Of a stretch of DNA of 64,000 nt, positions 47,794 to 61,670 are shown piece after piece. The position numbers and the translations under genes were made by a program. Under the pieces are notes generated by a model, which had not been told where the DNA came from, ran no database searches, and worked only from the letters and a program-made list of their open reading frames with translations. The DNA comes from Mobula hypostoma. Its lineage: Eukaryota. How positions within the stretch are numbered: position 1 is the stretch's first letter; each line of letters opens with the position of its first letter. The stretch lies in NCBI RefSeq assembly GCF_963921235.1, contig NC_086108.1:11780001-11844000 (forward strand), read 5' to 3'.

Positions 47794-50700
47794 TATAACC
47801 ATAAAACCATATAACAATTACAGCACGGAAACAGGCCATCTCAGCACTTGTAGTCCATGCTGAACTCTTACTCTCACCTAGTCCCACCGATCTGCACTCA
47901 GCCCATAACCCTCCATTCCTTCCCTGTCCATATAGCTGTCCAATTTAACTTTAAATGACAACATCGAACCTGCCTCAACCACTTCTGCTGGAAGCTCATT
48001 CCCTACAGCTACCACTCTCTGAGTAAAGAAGTTTCCCCTCATGTTACCCCTAAACTTTTGCCCTTTAACTCTCAACTCATGTCCTCTTGTTTGAATCTCC
48101 CCCACTCTCAATGGAAAAAGCCTATATGCGTCAACTCTATCTATCCCCCTCATAATTTTAAATACCTCTATCAAGTCCCCCTCGACCTTCTACATTCCAA
48201 AGAATAAAGATCCAACTTGTTCAACCGTTCTCTGTAACTTAGGAGATGAAACCCAGGTAACATTCTAGTAAATCTTCTCTGTACTCTCTCCATTTTGTTG
48301 ACATCTTTCCTATAATTCGGTGACCAGAACTGTACACAATACTCCAAATTTGGCCTTACCAATGCCTTGTACAATTTCAACATTACTTCCCAACTCCTAT
48401 ACTCAATGCTCTGATTTATAAAGGCCAGCATACCAAAAGCTTTCTTCACTACCCTATCCACATGAGATTCCACCTTCAGGGAACTATGCACCATTATTCC
48501 AAGATCCCTCTGTTCCACTGCATTCTTCAATGCCCTACCATTTACCATGTATGTCCTATTTTGACTAGTCCCACCAAAATGTCACACTTCACATTTTTCA
48601 GCATTAAACTCCATCTGCCATCTTTCAGCCCACTCTTCTAACTGGCCTAAATCTCTCTGCAAGCTTTGAAAACCTACTTCATTATCCACAACGCCACCTA
48701 TCTTAGTATCATCTGCATACTTATGAATCCAATTTACCACCCCATCATCCAGATCATTAATGTATATGACAAACAACATTGGACCCAGTACAGATCCCTG
48801 AGGCACACCACTAGTCACCGGCCTCCAACCTGACAAACAGTTATCCACCACTACTCTCTGACGTCTCCCATCCAGCCACTGCTGAATCCATTTTACTACT
48901 TCAATATTAATACCTAACGATTGAACCTTCCAAACTAAACTTCCATGTGGAACTTTGTCAAAGGCCTTACTGAACTCCATATATACACTGTTTTACCTTC
49001 ATCAACTTTCCTAGTAACCTCTTCAAAAAATTCAATAAGATTTGTCAAACATGACCTTCCATGCACAAATCCATGGTGACTGTTCCTAATCAGACCCTGT
49101 ATATCCAGATAATTATATATACCATCTCTAAGAATACTTTCCATCAATTTACCCACCACTGACGTCAAACTCACAGGCCGATAATTGCTAGGTTTACTCT
49201 TAGAACCCTTTTTAAACAACGGAACAACATGAGCAATACGCCAATCCTCCGGCACCATCCCTGGTTCCAATGACATTTGAAATATTTCTGTCAGAGCCCC
49301 TGCTATTTCCACACTAACTTCCCTCAATTTCCTAAGGAATATCCTGTCAGGACCGGGAGACTTATCCAATTTTATATTCCTCAAAAGCAACAGTACTTCC
49401 TCTTTAATCATCATAGTTTCCATAACTACCTTACTTGTTCCCCTTACCTTACACAATTCAATATCCCTCTCTTTAGCGAATACCGAAGAAAAGGAATTGT
49501 TCAAAATCTCCCTCATCTCTTTTGGCTCCGCACATAGCCGTCCACTCTGATTCTCTAAGGGACCAATTTTATCCCTCACTATCCTTTTGCTATTAATATA
49601 ACTGTAGAAACACTTTGGATTTATTTTCAACTTACTTGCCAAAGAACCCTCATATCTTCTTTTAGCATTTCTAATTTCTTTATATTACTCGAGCACCTCA
49701 ATTACTCCAAGCTGCATATATTTATTGTAGATCTCTCTCTTTTTCCGAACCAAGTTTCCAATATCCCTTGAAAACCATGGCTCTCTCAAACTTTTAACCT
49801 TTCCTTTCAACCTAACAGGAACATAAAGTTTCTGTACCCTCAAAATTTCACATTTAAATGACCTCCATTTCTCTATTACATCTTTCCCATAAAACAAATT
49901 GTCACAATCCACCCCTTATAAATCCTTTCTCATTTCCTCAAAGTTAGCCTTCCTCCAATCAAAAATCTCAACCCTGGGTCCAGTCCTATCCTTCTCCATA
50001 ATTATTTTGAAACTAATGGCATTGTGATCACTGGACCCGAAGTACTCCTCAACACATAACTCCGTCACCTGACCTATCTCATTCCCTAACAGGAGATCCA
50101 ACACTGCCCCTTCTCTAGTTGGTACCTCTATGTATTGCTGCAAAAAACTATCTTGCACACATTTGACAAACTCCAAACCATCCAGCCCTTTTACAGAATG
50201 GGCTTCCCAGTCTATGTGTGAAAAATTAAAATCTCCCACAATCACAACCTTGTGCTTACTACAAATATCTGCTATCTCCTTACAAATTTGCTCCTCTAAT
50301 TCTCACTCCCCATTAGGTGGTCTATGATACACCCCTATAAGCATTACTACACCTTTCCCATTCCTCAATTCCACCCAAATATCCTCCCTAGACGAGCCTT
50401 CTAATCTATCCTGCCAAAGCACCGCTGTAATATTTTCTCTGATAAGCAATGCAACACCTCCCCCTCTTGCCCCTCCAATTCTATCACACCTGAAGCAACG
50501 AAATCCAGGAATATTTAGTTGCCAATCACACCCCTCCTGTAACCATGTTTCACTAACAGCTATAACATCATACTTCCAGGTATTAATCCATGCTCATCCA
50601 CCCTTCTTACAATATGCTGAGCATTAAAATAGATGCATTTAAGAAACTCTCCACCTCTTACTCTCCGTTTATCCCTAATGGTGCAAACAACTTTATTATC

Positions 50701-52089
50701 TTTTTCTTCCTTCTCCCCTACATCTTTGGTCTGAGTGCTCCTGATCTCTGTCCCCTGTCCACCCTCCCTCACACACTGTCTACAAGCTTTCTCTATTTGT
50801 GAACTAATCCCTGCTCTCCTACTCTCTTCAATTTGATTCCCACCTCCAACCATTCCAGTTTAAAGTCTCCCCAGTGGCCTTCGCAAATCTCCCCGCCAGG
50901 ATATTGGTCCCCTTAGGATTCAAGTGCAACGCGTTCTTTTTGTACAGGTCACACCTGCACCAAAAGAGGTCCCAATGATCGAGAAACTTGAATCCCTGCC
51001 CCCTGCTCCAATCCCTCAGCCACGCATTTATCCTCCACCTCATCGCATTCCTACTCTCACTGTCACGTGGCACAGGCAGTAATCCCAAGATTACTACCTT
51101 TGCGGTCCTTCCTCTCAACTCCCTATATTCTCCTTTCAGGATCTCTTCCCTTTTCCTACCTATGTCATTGATACCTATATGTACCATGATGTCTGGCTCC
51201 TCACCCTCCCACTTCAGGATATCTTGGACATGATCAGAAATATCCCGGACCCTGGCACCAAGGAGGTAAACTACCATCCGGGTCTCCGGACTGCATCCAT
51301 AGAATCTCCTATCTGACCCCCTAACTATCAAGTCCCCTATTACTACTGCCCTCATCTTCCTTTCCCTACCCTTCTGAGCTACAGGGCTGGACTCTGTGCC
51401 AGAGGCACGGCCACTGTTGCTTCCCCCAGGTAAGTTGTCCCCCCCCCCCACAACAGTACTCAAACAGGAGTACTTATTGGCAAGGGGCACAGCCACTGGG
51501 GTACTCTCTAGTACCCGACTCTACCCCTTCCCCATCCTAACCGTGACCCACTGGTCTGCTTCCCGTGGCCCCGGTGTGACCACCTGCCTGTAACTCCTCT
51601 CTATCAACTCCTCACTCTCCCTGACCAGACGAAGTTCATCGAGCTGCAGCTCCAGTTCCATAACGCGGTCCCTTAGGAGCTGCATCTCGGCACGCCTGGC
51701 ACAGTTGTGGACGTCCGGGAGGCTTGGAAACTCCAGGACCTTCCACATCTGACACTGAGAACAGCAAGCTGCCCTCGCACTCATACTTTCCCCTTTCCTC
51801 AAATTACAGGGATAATTGAAAAACAAACCTACTTTGCGTCACCAGTTTCCGCCTAAGCCCATTGAGCCAAAGCCCTTAAACCTTCACTCTGCTCCCATCT
51901 CAGTCCGCTGCCCGCAAAACGATGCTGCTCACTGTATAAGGCTGTGTTCCTTTTAAATCTTCCGCACTTCACTGCCCAATGTCACACGCCTGCGCAGTCC
52001 CGCCTCTCAACTCCAATGAGAGAAAGAAAAAATCAAAATGGCTTCCGCCGCACTCCCGCTCCAATTCTCAGACATCCTTCTCCAATTAA
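47794..52089 (-). mobile_element. Full-length (about 4.3 kb) decayed CR1: 5' UTR, ORF1 (Cys motif plus SGNH esterase), ORF2 (APE plus RT), tail
   Basis: ORF1 starts MSARAACCSQCQMW at 51784; consecutive ORF2 pieces at 49916, 49685, 48935, 48582, 48171 and 47878; TSD ATTAGATTA at 47785-47793 and 52090-52098. Confidence 0.93.
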
Positions 52090-52812
52090 ATTAGATTAGA
52101 TTCAACTTTATTATCATTGTGCTGAGTACGGATACAAAGCCAATGAAATGCAGTTAGCATCTGACCAGAAATATAAAGAATAGTGTTATTTACAAAATAA
52201 CTGCGAATAAAAAGTATGTGCTACAGAACACAAATATAAAAGTACTGAGACAGTACAATACGGATGCAATACTGCTTAGCACTTTAATGTGAGGTTCAGC
52301 AGGGTCACAGCCTCAGGGAAGAAGCTCTTCCTGTGCCTGCTGGTGTGGGAGCGGAGGCTTCTGTAGCGCCTACTGGATGGGAGGAGAGTAAAAAGTCCAT
52401 GGTTAGGGTGAGATGCATCCTTAATAATGCTTTTCACCCTGCCCAGGCAGCGTTTATGGTAGATGTTCTCAATGGTGGGCAATTGGGTGCTGATAATCTG
52501 CTGGGCAGTTTTCACCACACACTGGAGTGCTTTGCGGTCTGATAGGGGACAATTGCCATACCACACTGAGATGCAGTTGGTGAGTATGCTCTCAATGGTA
52601 CAGCGGTAAAAGTCCATCAGTATCCTGGGACAGAGATGAGCTTTCTTGATGCTCTGCAGGAAATAAAGGCACTGTTACGCCTTTTTGACCAGGATGGAGG
52701 AGTTCAGGGACCAGGTGAGATCCTCGGAAATGTGGACACCAAGGAATTTGGAGCTTGATACATGCTCCGCTACAGCTCCGCTGATGTAGATGGGGATGCG
52801 AGTGTGAGGAGA
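52090..52812 (-). mobile_element. Rex1/Babar 3' fragment with (ATCTA)n tail
   Basis: DFYRCTIESILTNCISVWYG...SHPNHGLFTLLPS.RRYRS...SFFPEAVTLLN. Confidence 0.88.
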
Positions 52813-53249
52813 TAAATATCAAGGATGTTTAATAAATGTACTTTGAACTTTTAATTTTAAAATAGGATCTTTGTTTAAATAATTCCAATCATTTTTATTG
52901 TAAAACCCTACAGCTGGGATTTGAAGTTATTATTCCATTTGCCCGTGTTCCTGGGTTACGATTCACACTAAGTCCCCATTGTCTGCTGTACACCACTTAG
53001 TGACATTTGTTGTATCAAATTGAATCAATTCATTCTACGCACTCTTCAGTTTCAAGGTGAAACTAAAGCAGCTTCTTCACTTTAGCTTCTCCAGCTCATA
53101 CACAATTGTGAAGATATTTTGTTCCATTATTTAAAATTTAATCTCGCAGAGAGCTCAATCATTCAATTAGAGCATCAGGTTATGCACCACTCAGATACAC
53201 AAGAGCTTCTACAGATGCTGGAAATCTGGAGCAACATACACAACACATA

Positions 53250-54280
53250 CAGACCACAGTCTATGCGGATTGGTGATAACATATCCTCGCTGACGATCAA
53301 GACTGGCGCACCTCAGGGGTGTGTGCTTAGCCCACTGCTCTTCTCTCTGTATGTGCATGACTGAATAGCTAAGCAGAGCTCAAATACCATCTGCAAATTT
53401 GCTGACAATACAACCATTGTTGGTAGAATCTCAGGTGGTGACGAGAGGGTGTACAGGAGAGAGATATGCCAACTAGTGGAATGGTGCCTCAGCAACAACC
53501 TGGTACTCAACGTCAGTAAGACGAAAGAGCTGATTGTGGACTTCAGGAAGGGTAAGACGAAGGCACACATACCAATCCTTATAGATGGATCAGAAGTGGA
53601 GAGAGTGAGCAGGTTCAAGTTCTTCGGTGTCAAGATCTCTGAGGATCTAACGTGGTCCCAACATATTGATGTAGTCATAAAGAAGGCAAGACAGTGACTA
53701 TACTTTATTAGGAATTTGAAGAGATTTGGCATGTCAACAAATACACTCAAAAGCTTCTATAGTTGTACCATGGAGAGCATTCTGACAGGCTGCATCACTG
53801 TCTGGTATGGAGACACTACTGCACAGATCCGAAAGAAGCTGCAGAAGGTTGTAAATCAAGTCGGCTCCATCTTGGGCACTAGCCTACAGAGTACCCAGGA
53901 TATTTTTAGGGAGCGGTGCCTCAGAATGGCAGTGTCCATTATTAAAGCCCTCCAGCACCCTGGGCATGCCCTTTTCTCACTGTTATCATCAGGTAGGAGA
54001 TAAAGAAGCCTGAAGGCACACACTCAGTGATTCAGGAACAGCTTCTTCCCCTCTGCCATCAGATTCCTAAATGGATATTGAATCTTTGGACACTACCTCA
54101 CTGTTTTTAATATACAGTATGTCTGTTTTTGCGTATTTAAAAAAATCTATTCAATATGCGCAACTGATTTTTTTGTTTATTTATTATTATGTTTTATTTT
54201 ATTTATTTTTTCACTCTCTCTGCTAGATTATGTATTGCATTGAACTGCTGCTGCTAAGTTAACAAATTTCACGTCACATG
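53250..54280 (+). mobile_element. Rex1/Babar RT C-terminal half plus 3' UTR
   Basis: TGAPQGCVLSPLLFSLY; EWCLSNNLVLNVSKTKELIVDFRK; the tail resumes at 55337-55363 after a CR1 insertion. Confidence 0.9.
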
Positions 54281-54282
54281 TT

Positions 54283-55336
54283 CTGACCTTTTCAGAATGG
54301 CAGGCAGTGACTAGTGGGGTACCGCAAGGCTCAGTGCTGGGACCCCAGTTGTTTACAATATATATTAATGACTAGGATGAGGGAATTAAATGCAGCATCT
54401 CCAAGTTTGCGGATGACACGAAGCTGGGCGGCAGTGTTAGCTGTGAGGAGGATGCTAAGAGGATGCAGGGTGACTTGGATAGGTTGGGTGAGTGGGCAAA
54501 TTCATGACAGATGCAATTTAATGTGGATAAATGTGAAGTTATCCACTTTGGTGGCAAAAATAGGAAAACAGATTATTATCTGAATGGTGGCCGATTAGGA
54601 AAAGGGGAGGTGCAACGAGACCTGGGTGTCATTATACACCAGTCATTGAAAGTGGGCATACAGGTACAGCAGGCGGTGAAAAAGGCAAATGGTATGTTGA
54701 CATTTATAGCAAGAAGATTCGAGTACAGGAGCAGGGAGGTACTACTGCAATTGTACAAGGCCTTGGTGAGACCACACCTGGAGTATTATGTGCAGTTTTG
54801 GTCCCCTAATCTGAGGAAAGACATCCTTGCCATAGAGGGAGTACAAAGAAGGTTCACCAGATTGATTCCTGGGATGGCAGGACTTTCAAATGAAGAAAGA
54901 CTGGATGAACTAGGCTTATACTCGTTGGAATTTAGGAGATTGAAGGGGGATCTGATTGAAACGTATAAAATCCTAAAGGTATTGGACAGGCTAGATGCGG
55001 GAAGATTGTTCCCGATGTTGGGGAAGTCCAGAACGAGGGGTCAGAGTTTGAGGATAAAGGGGAAGCCTTTTAGGACCGAGATTAGGAAAAACTTCTTCAC
55101 ACAGAGAGTAGTGAATTTGTGGAATTCTCTGCCACAGGAAACAGTTGAGGCCAGTTCATTGGCTATATTTAAGAGGGAGTTAGATATGGCCCTTGTGGTT
55201 AAAGGGATCAGGGAGTATGAAGGGAAGGCTGGTACAGGGTTCTGAGTTGGATGATTAGCCATGATCATACTGAATGGCGGTGCAGGCTCAAAGGGCCGAA
55301 TGGCCTACTCCTGCACCTATTTTCTATGTTTCTATG
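54283..55336 (+). mobile_element. CR1 3' 1 kb, same subfamily as 8568-10745
   Basis: ORF 54511-55245 is almost identical to the C-terminus of the 733-aa ORF; same tail. Confidence 0.95.
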
Positions 55337-55629
55337 TCGGTGATAATAAATCTGATTCTGATTGTGTTTCTGACAAAATGCCAGAGGAACTAAACAGATT
55401 AGGTATATCTCTTCAGGGGAATAAACTGTCATCATTCTGGGCCAATACCCTTCGTCAGGACTGGAGAGTAAGTTCCAGTTCGTTGGTATTCAACTGTACA
55501 CATATATACTGCCAAAGGTTCCTCCAGACCAAGGTCCATAATGCAGCACATTATAGTTGCCACATGTTGCAAAGACAACAAATTTCATGATTATGCTGGT
55601 GATATTAAACCTGATCAGATAACATGTAA

Positions 55630-58600
55630 AGTTATATTACCACAAATAAATTAACAAATAATAAGGTGCATTTATGACACAAGTTCAAAAGTAAACTGTA
55701 TAACACTACTGGCGTTTCATACGTGATGAGACCTGGGTGGTGGCAGGAGGTGTCAAAGAGATTGTTGGATGGATGGAAGGGATTATTGATAATACAAAGG
55801 ACCCTGTGTATGCAACAAACCTGATAAATATCTCTAGTGAGTGGAAGAGAGACCCCAATGATCCTCTCAGGAAACTGCACATTCTTTGCAATTCCTGGAC
55901 CAGACAATGATGCAACTGGTCAGGACACTCCCGATGCTGTTCCTGTAAAAACAGGTTAAAGTGTGGGTGTGTGGGGAGACCTACTCACCTCACTCTCTTC
56001 AGGAAGTGGAGATACTGCTCTGCTTATTTACCCACAGAGGTAGTATTGAAGAACCAGGTGAGATCGTTCAGTATGTGCACTCCCAGAGACTTGGTACTCC
56101 TAACTCTCTCCATGAAGGAGAAATGTATGTGCAGCAAGGAGTGGTCACTGAGCCTTCCTGAAATCCACAATCACCTCTTGATCTTGTTCACATTGCAAGT
56201 CAAGTTGTTGTGCTCACCAGCCACTCTACCCCCTCTCTGTATGCCGTCTCATCATCGTTGTTGATGAGGCCAACCACTGTTGTGTCATCAGCGAACTTGG
56301 TGATTCGGTTTGGACTGGATCCAGCAGTATAGTACAGTCATGCATCAGCAGCATGAAAAGCAACAGGCCTTGTACGAGGTGCTGGGCAGCCGCTAGTGCT
56401 CAGTGTGAAGGAGCTAGAAATGTTCAAAGGTTCATTTATTATCAATGTATACAACTCTGAAATTCTTCTTCTCCAGATAGTCAGGAAACCAAGAAAGAAG
56501 GAAAATGGCACCACAATCACCAACCCTCAAATCCCTCCTCCCCACAGAAAAAAATGAGGATGATCGGGCAAAAAAGACAGAATACAAAAAGCCTAAAGAC
56601 TGAAAAAAAGTCCACAGCCCACATCCAAAACTCAGAAAACCTAGGCAACATTCACCTTCTCCATAGCAGAGCAATCTCACCAGCAATAAAATGGCAATCT
56701 CCCTTCACCGTAACAGAGCGATGTCACAAGCAATAAACAGGTAGGCAGCTGACGTTCCAATCTCCTTCATCATTTTAATCAGTGAACAAAGGAAACTTTA
56801 ATCGGTGAAATGGAGTCGAACATCAGCTCACAGCCTTCAACGCCACAAGGTTCCCACACACTGCCTCTGACTCCTGGAATCCTCTCAGAGACTGCAGAGT
56901 GTTGATAAAGCCAAACTGTCTCTAAACTGCAAATCACAGGCTCCCACAGTTCCAGAATCACAATCAAGATAAAACACAAACATAAAAGACATAAGAGAAG
57001 TGAAATCTATGGTTTCATGATCTAGCCAGAAGATGTTGACTGTGGGAGCATTGTACACAGGCACAATCTGCCTACACGAGCTGTTTACTGACATTGGCCT
57101 TTCTGTCAAGAAGTCCAGGATCCAGTTACAGATCAAGGTGTTGGGACCCAACGAGGACAGTTTACCCAGCAGCTTCTAAGGGATGGTTATATTGAAGACA
57201 TATGAGGCGCAAATTCTCAAGTGCGACAGGACAGAGTGGAATGTAAAGGCTATAACATCATCAGTGGACCAATTTAAGTGATAGGTGAACTGGAAAGGGT
57301 CCAACATAACAGGAAAATGGGATCCATAACCAGTTCGTTCAAGGCGCCTCATTTTTGTTGAGGTCAGTGCCACTGGATGGCTGTCATTGAGCCGGGTTCC
57401 TGTTGCCCTCTTGGGCACTGGGACAATGGTGGCTGCCTTGAATCCTGAGGGGCTAGTGGACTGTTCCAGAGAGATGATGAAGATGTCTGCAAGAACCTGT
57501 CAACTGGGCTGCACATACCAAACCAGGTATGTTATCAGGCTGCAGAGCTTTGCATGAGGGGGCCCTGGCCAGGGTCTTCCTCACATCAGCTGTGGCCAGA
57601 CATAGTACCTGCTGCTCGTTGGGGGTGGTGTGGAAGGGAGACTTTTAATCGTTCCATGCATCAAATAGAGCCCATCAAGAAGAGAGACATCACAGTCGTT
57701 GATGAGCAGGGTAGATTAGCAGTCTGTTATGATCTGAATTCCCTGCTACATATGCCTTGTGCCTCTGGTGGCATTGAAATGGCTGTAAATTCTCTGTGAA
57801 TAATCCTATTTTGCCTTCCTCGCGTTGCAGAGAACTGCAGCTCTTCAAAGGTTTCAAAGGCACATTTAATGTCAGAGAAATATATGTAATATATATCCTG
57901 AAATGCCTTTTCTTCACAACCATATACAAAAACAGAGGAGTGTCCCCAAAGAATGAATGACAGTTAAATATTAGGACCCCAAACCCACACCCCCCAGCTC
58001 CCCTCCCTCCCGTGTGTAAGCAGCAGCAAGCAATAATACCCCCCTCCCCGACCAGCAAAAAAAAGCATCAGCACCCACCACCAAGCACTCAAGTGTGAGC
58101 AAAGCAACAGCAAAGACACAGACTTGCAGTACCCCAAAGAATGTGTTCACCCGGTATACGACATACCATAGGGAGAAGGAAGTGTCTCTGTTTCACAACA
58201 AGAAGGGAGACATAACAAACAACTCGCCGGTTTACCATGTTAAAAGTCAGTTGCGTTGCTTTTTCTGAGCTCTGTGCCCAAAGATATCAGGTCTTTGGGC
58301 ACACAGCCAAAGATCTTCCAGCTCCCACGACACACTGGTCTGGGACACTGACCTTCGATCTACCCATCTCCAGAGCCCCAGATCCTAGGCCTCCAAAGGT
58401 GAGCCGAACTATTCTACCACACCCTTGGCATGTTGGATAATGGCCAGTCGTGACACCCCGAGAGCGGGTCCCATTCCTACAAAGAAACGAAGTCTTCAGG
58501 TTGGGGTCCTCCAAAGAACCCTGAAAGGGAAAATAAAGATATTAGAGATGGAAATAGAGTTGTTTTCGAAGACGCAAGCTGACCTGTGAGCTGTCTTATC

Positions 58601-59225
58601 CTCAGATCTGAAGGTAAATCTCTCAGCCATGACTTCTGATTTGCCATCACATAAACATGAGAAATTCTGGAGATGCTGGAAAATCCAAAGAAAAGGCTGG
58701 AGGAGCTCAGCAGACCAGGCAGTATCTATGGAAAGTGTGAACAGTCAACGCTTCGAGCCAAGAGCCTTCTTCATCCCACATTCCCAGCTGTGTCCGCACC
58801 TCTGCTGTCAGCCATGCGTTCATGTAGTTGTGTTTAATAATGTTGACAGCCTTAGTGCACATCTCTATGTAGCCAGTCACAGCTCATCAATGTTAATGTG
58901 ATGGTCGAAGGTCACCACCTCCCTGAGTATGCTCCAGTCCATGTTCTTAAAACAGACTTGTAATGCTGCGGTTGCTTCTTCTGGCCAGGTCTTTATTTCC
59001 CTTTCATCTAGTTTGCCCTGGGGAAAAAGCCTCTGGAATTATGCAGGAACTAGTATAACAGATAAGAGGTCTGAGAATTCAATGTGGGGAAGGGAAGCTG
59101 CTTTGTATGCACCAGGAATGTTGGTATAATCCAGATCTAATGTGTTCTCACCTCTGAGAATGAAGTCAACATTCCAATAGAATTTTGTCAGGGCTGTCTT
59201 CTTAAATTGGCACGGTTGAAGTTGC
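55630..59225 (-). mobile_element. Long decayed Rex1/Babar LINE (end of APE to 3' UTR) with nested inserts at about 56425-57070, 57845-58580 and 58655-58775
   Basis: Minus strand reads TLDLDYTNIPGAY (near 59120), WPEEATAALQVCF (near 58970), LNDSHPVALTS and DPFQF (57176-57418), and ICNWILDFLTERP (57151). Confidence 0.75.
57845..58580 (-). mobile_element. Unclassified non-coding retroposon, copy 2
   Basis: Similar to the reverse complement of 35105-35885. Confidence 0.7.
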
Positions 59226-59249
59226 TAACAATAGTAGAGACAAAAGACA

Positions 59250-59490
59250 CAAGGGGTACTGCAGAAGCTGGAAATCTAGGTCATACACATCATGTGCTGG
59301 AGGAACTCAGAAAGCCAGGCACCATCTATGGAAGTGAATAAACAGTTGATGTTTCAGGCCGAGACCATTGATCAAACCATCTGGGTGTGTTGTCTCGGCC
59401 TGAAGCACTGAATGTTTACTTTTTCCATAGATGCTACCTGATCTCCAGCATCTTATGTGTGTTGTTTTGCATTTCCAGCATCTTCAGATT
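59250..59490. mobile_element. Penelope-derived fold-back mini-element
   Basis: CTGCAGAAGCTGGAAAT...CATCTATGGAA...TTCAGGCCGAGAC and GTCTCGGCCTGAA...TTCCATAGATG...ATTTCCAGCATCTTCAG form inverted arms. Confidence 0.78.
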
Positions 59491-59491
59491 T

Positions 59492-60710
59492 TAGAAAACC
59501 TACAGCACAATAGCTGTGCTGAACATGTCCTTACCTTAGAAATTACCTAGGGGTTACCCTTAGTCCTCTATTTTTCTGTGCTCCATGTACCTATCCAGGA
59601 GTCTCTTAAAAGACCCTTTCATATCCACCTCCACCACCATCGTCGACAGCCCATTCCACGCACTCACCACTCTCTGCATAAAAAACCTACCCTTGACATC
59701 TCCTCTGTACCTACCTCCAAGGACCTTAAAACTATGCCCTCTCGTGCTAGCCATTTCAGCCCTGGGAAAACAGCCTCTGACTATCTACACAATCAATGCC
59801 TCTCATCATCTTATACACTTATACATTTTCCTGTGGGTGTGTGGCTTGCACGTCACTGATAGCACTACAGAACTCATGGAGAGCTTCCCCAGCATGAGGT
59901 GGCATGGGGCAGGTGGGGGGTGTGTATAGACCCACAAGCACAGTAGCAGTGTCTATGTAAGACTCTCATAAATGTCCCTTATGTATCTGCTTCTACCGTC
60001 ATCTTTGGCAGGGCGTTCCATGTACGCAGCACCCTCTGTGTGAAAATGTTATTGCTGACATCCCCTGTATACTTTCCTCCAAACCCCTCGTATTAGACAT
60101 TTCTGCCCTGGGGAAAAGTCTCTGGTTCTCCAACTTACCTCTGCCTCTTATCATCTTGTACACCTCTATCATGTCATAAGACCATAAGACAAAGGAGCAG
60201 AATTAGGCCATTTGACCCATCAAGTCTGCTTGCCATTCTATCATGGCTGATCCATTTTACCTCAACCAGATTCACCTGTGCTCTCCCCATAACCTTTGAC
60301 ACCCTAGATGTCAAGAACCTATCCACGTTATATATACCCAATGACTTGGCCTCCACAGCCACCTGTGGAAACAAATCACACAGCTTCGCCACCCTATGTT
60401 TAACGAAATTTCTCCTCATATCTGCTGTAAAGGATTGTCCTTGTATTCTGAGGCTGTGCCTTCTGGTCCTACACTCTACCACAATAGGAAACATCCTCTC
60501 CAGATCTACTCTGTCAAGATCTTTCAATATTCGACAGATTTCAGTGAGATCGCTGTCATTCTTCTAAGCTCCAACAAGTACAGGAAAGAGCTATTAAGCG
60601 CTCTTCATAAGTTAACACTGTCATTCTTGGGATCATTCTCGTGACTATCCTCTGGACCATCTCCATTTCAGCACACCTATTCTTAGATAAGGGGCCTGAA
60701 CTTGCTCATA
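59492..60710 (-). mobile_element. Cluster of CR1 3' fragments (59492-59820, 59960-60172, 60175-60710)
   Basis: TRGHSFKV...FFMQRVVSAWNGL; LDRVDLERMFP...TRRHSLRI; CATAAGACCATAAGAC tail. Confidence 0.8.
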
Positions 60711-60759
60711 ATATGAGTCCAGGTGGAGATCTCCTAATTTTAATCATGATAGCACAGAG

Positions 60760-60855
60760 AAACACACAAAAAAATGATGGAGGAACTCAACAGGCCAGGC
60801 AGTATCTAAGGAATAAAGAGTCAACATTTCAGTCCGAGACCCTTCATCAGGACTC
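60760..60855 (-). mobile_element. Penelope pseudo-LTR fragment with a near-intact hammerhead core
   Basis: Minus strand AGTC-CTGATGA-AGGGTCTCGGACT-GAAATGTT-GACT. Confidence 0.7.
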
Positions 60856-61200
60856 ACAGCATGTCATGGAAGGACAGATATCAGTTCAGTTGGAAGTCAG
60901 CCCGAGGCTAATCAATGGCAGGAGAAAATAGGAAATTTAATGGGTCAAGTTTGTGGCCATGTTCTAAATACTTGTGGTCTGCTTGTCAATGACAAAGCAC
61001 TGCTCAACTCAGCCCAGTGATTTCTGCACAAACTTATCCTCAATTTACAAACAGATGCCTATCTAACTAAATCTTGAGAACTTTGTTGCAGTATAAGACT
61101 GCGACCAGTAATTTCTAGAAAAAGAGTCCTTGTACTTACATAGCAGCCTGGCAACTCAGCTAACAGTTGTGTAAAAATATATTCAGTTAGTGCTATAGAT

Positions 61201-61285
61201 CAAGGGTTCCCAACCTGGGGTCTACCTGGGGTCCTCTCAGTTAATGGTAGGGGTCAAATGGCATTAAAAAGGTTGGGAACCTCTG
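61201..61285. mobile_element. hAT (Charlie-like) MITE, copy 2
   Basis: CAAGGGTTCCCAACC...GGTTGGGAACCTCTG; similar to 16739-16817. Confidence 0.7.
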
Positions 61286-61670
61286 GTTTAGAGCAATGGT
61301 TTTTCACAAGAACATGATCTGCTTCACTCTTCACAAATGCTCTGTTGCCATCGTCTGCTTTATTTTGGTTATCCTGTGCCTATAGGATTCTGTCCTTGTG
61401 TTGCCTTTGCTGTTGAAGGATAATCCACTGAGATTTGTTTCAATAAATAACTTCTGAAAAGCACAAAGTCGCTCAGTAACGGGTCCAAGAACAGTGATTG
61501 TCAGGAACAGTGAGGAGAGGGATGACTTTGCCAGGTCTTGTGTTGGTGTTCAGTCTAGCAGTTGGCATGTGTCCAATCTCTGTTCAAGGCTGATCCCCAG
61601 CCAGACAAGAATCAAAGCAAACTAGTTCCTGATGAGAATTTGTTCATTTACAAGCAAGTGGAATATCTGG

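Noticed and set aside
52276..52617. Possible ALKBH8-like host gene from DUF1891-type sequence (FYRCTIESIL)
   Set aside because: This motif is the usual C-terminal region of Rex1/Babar ORFs and recurs in several decayed copies in this window.
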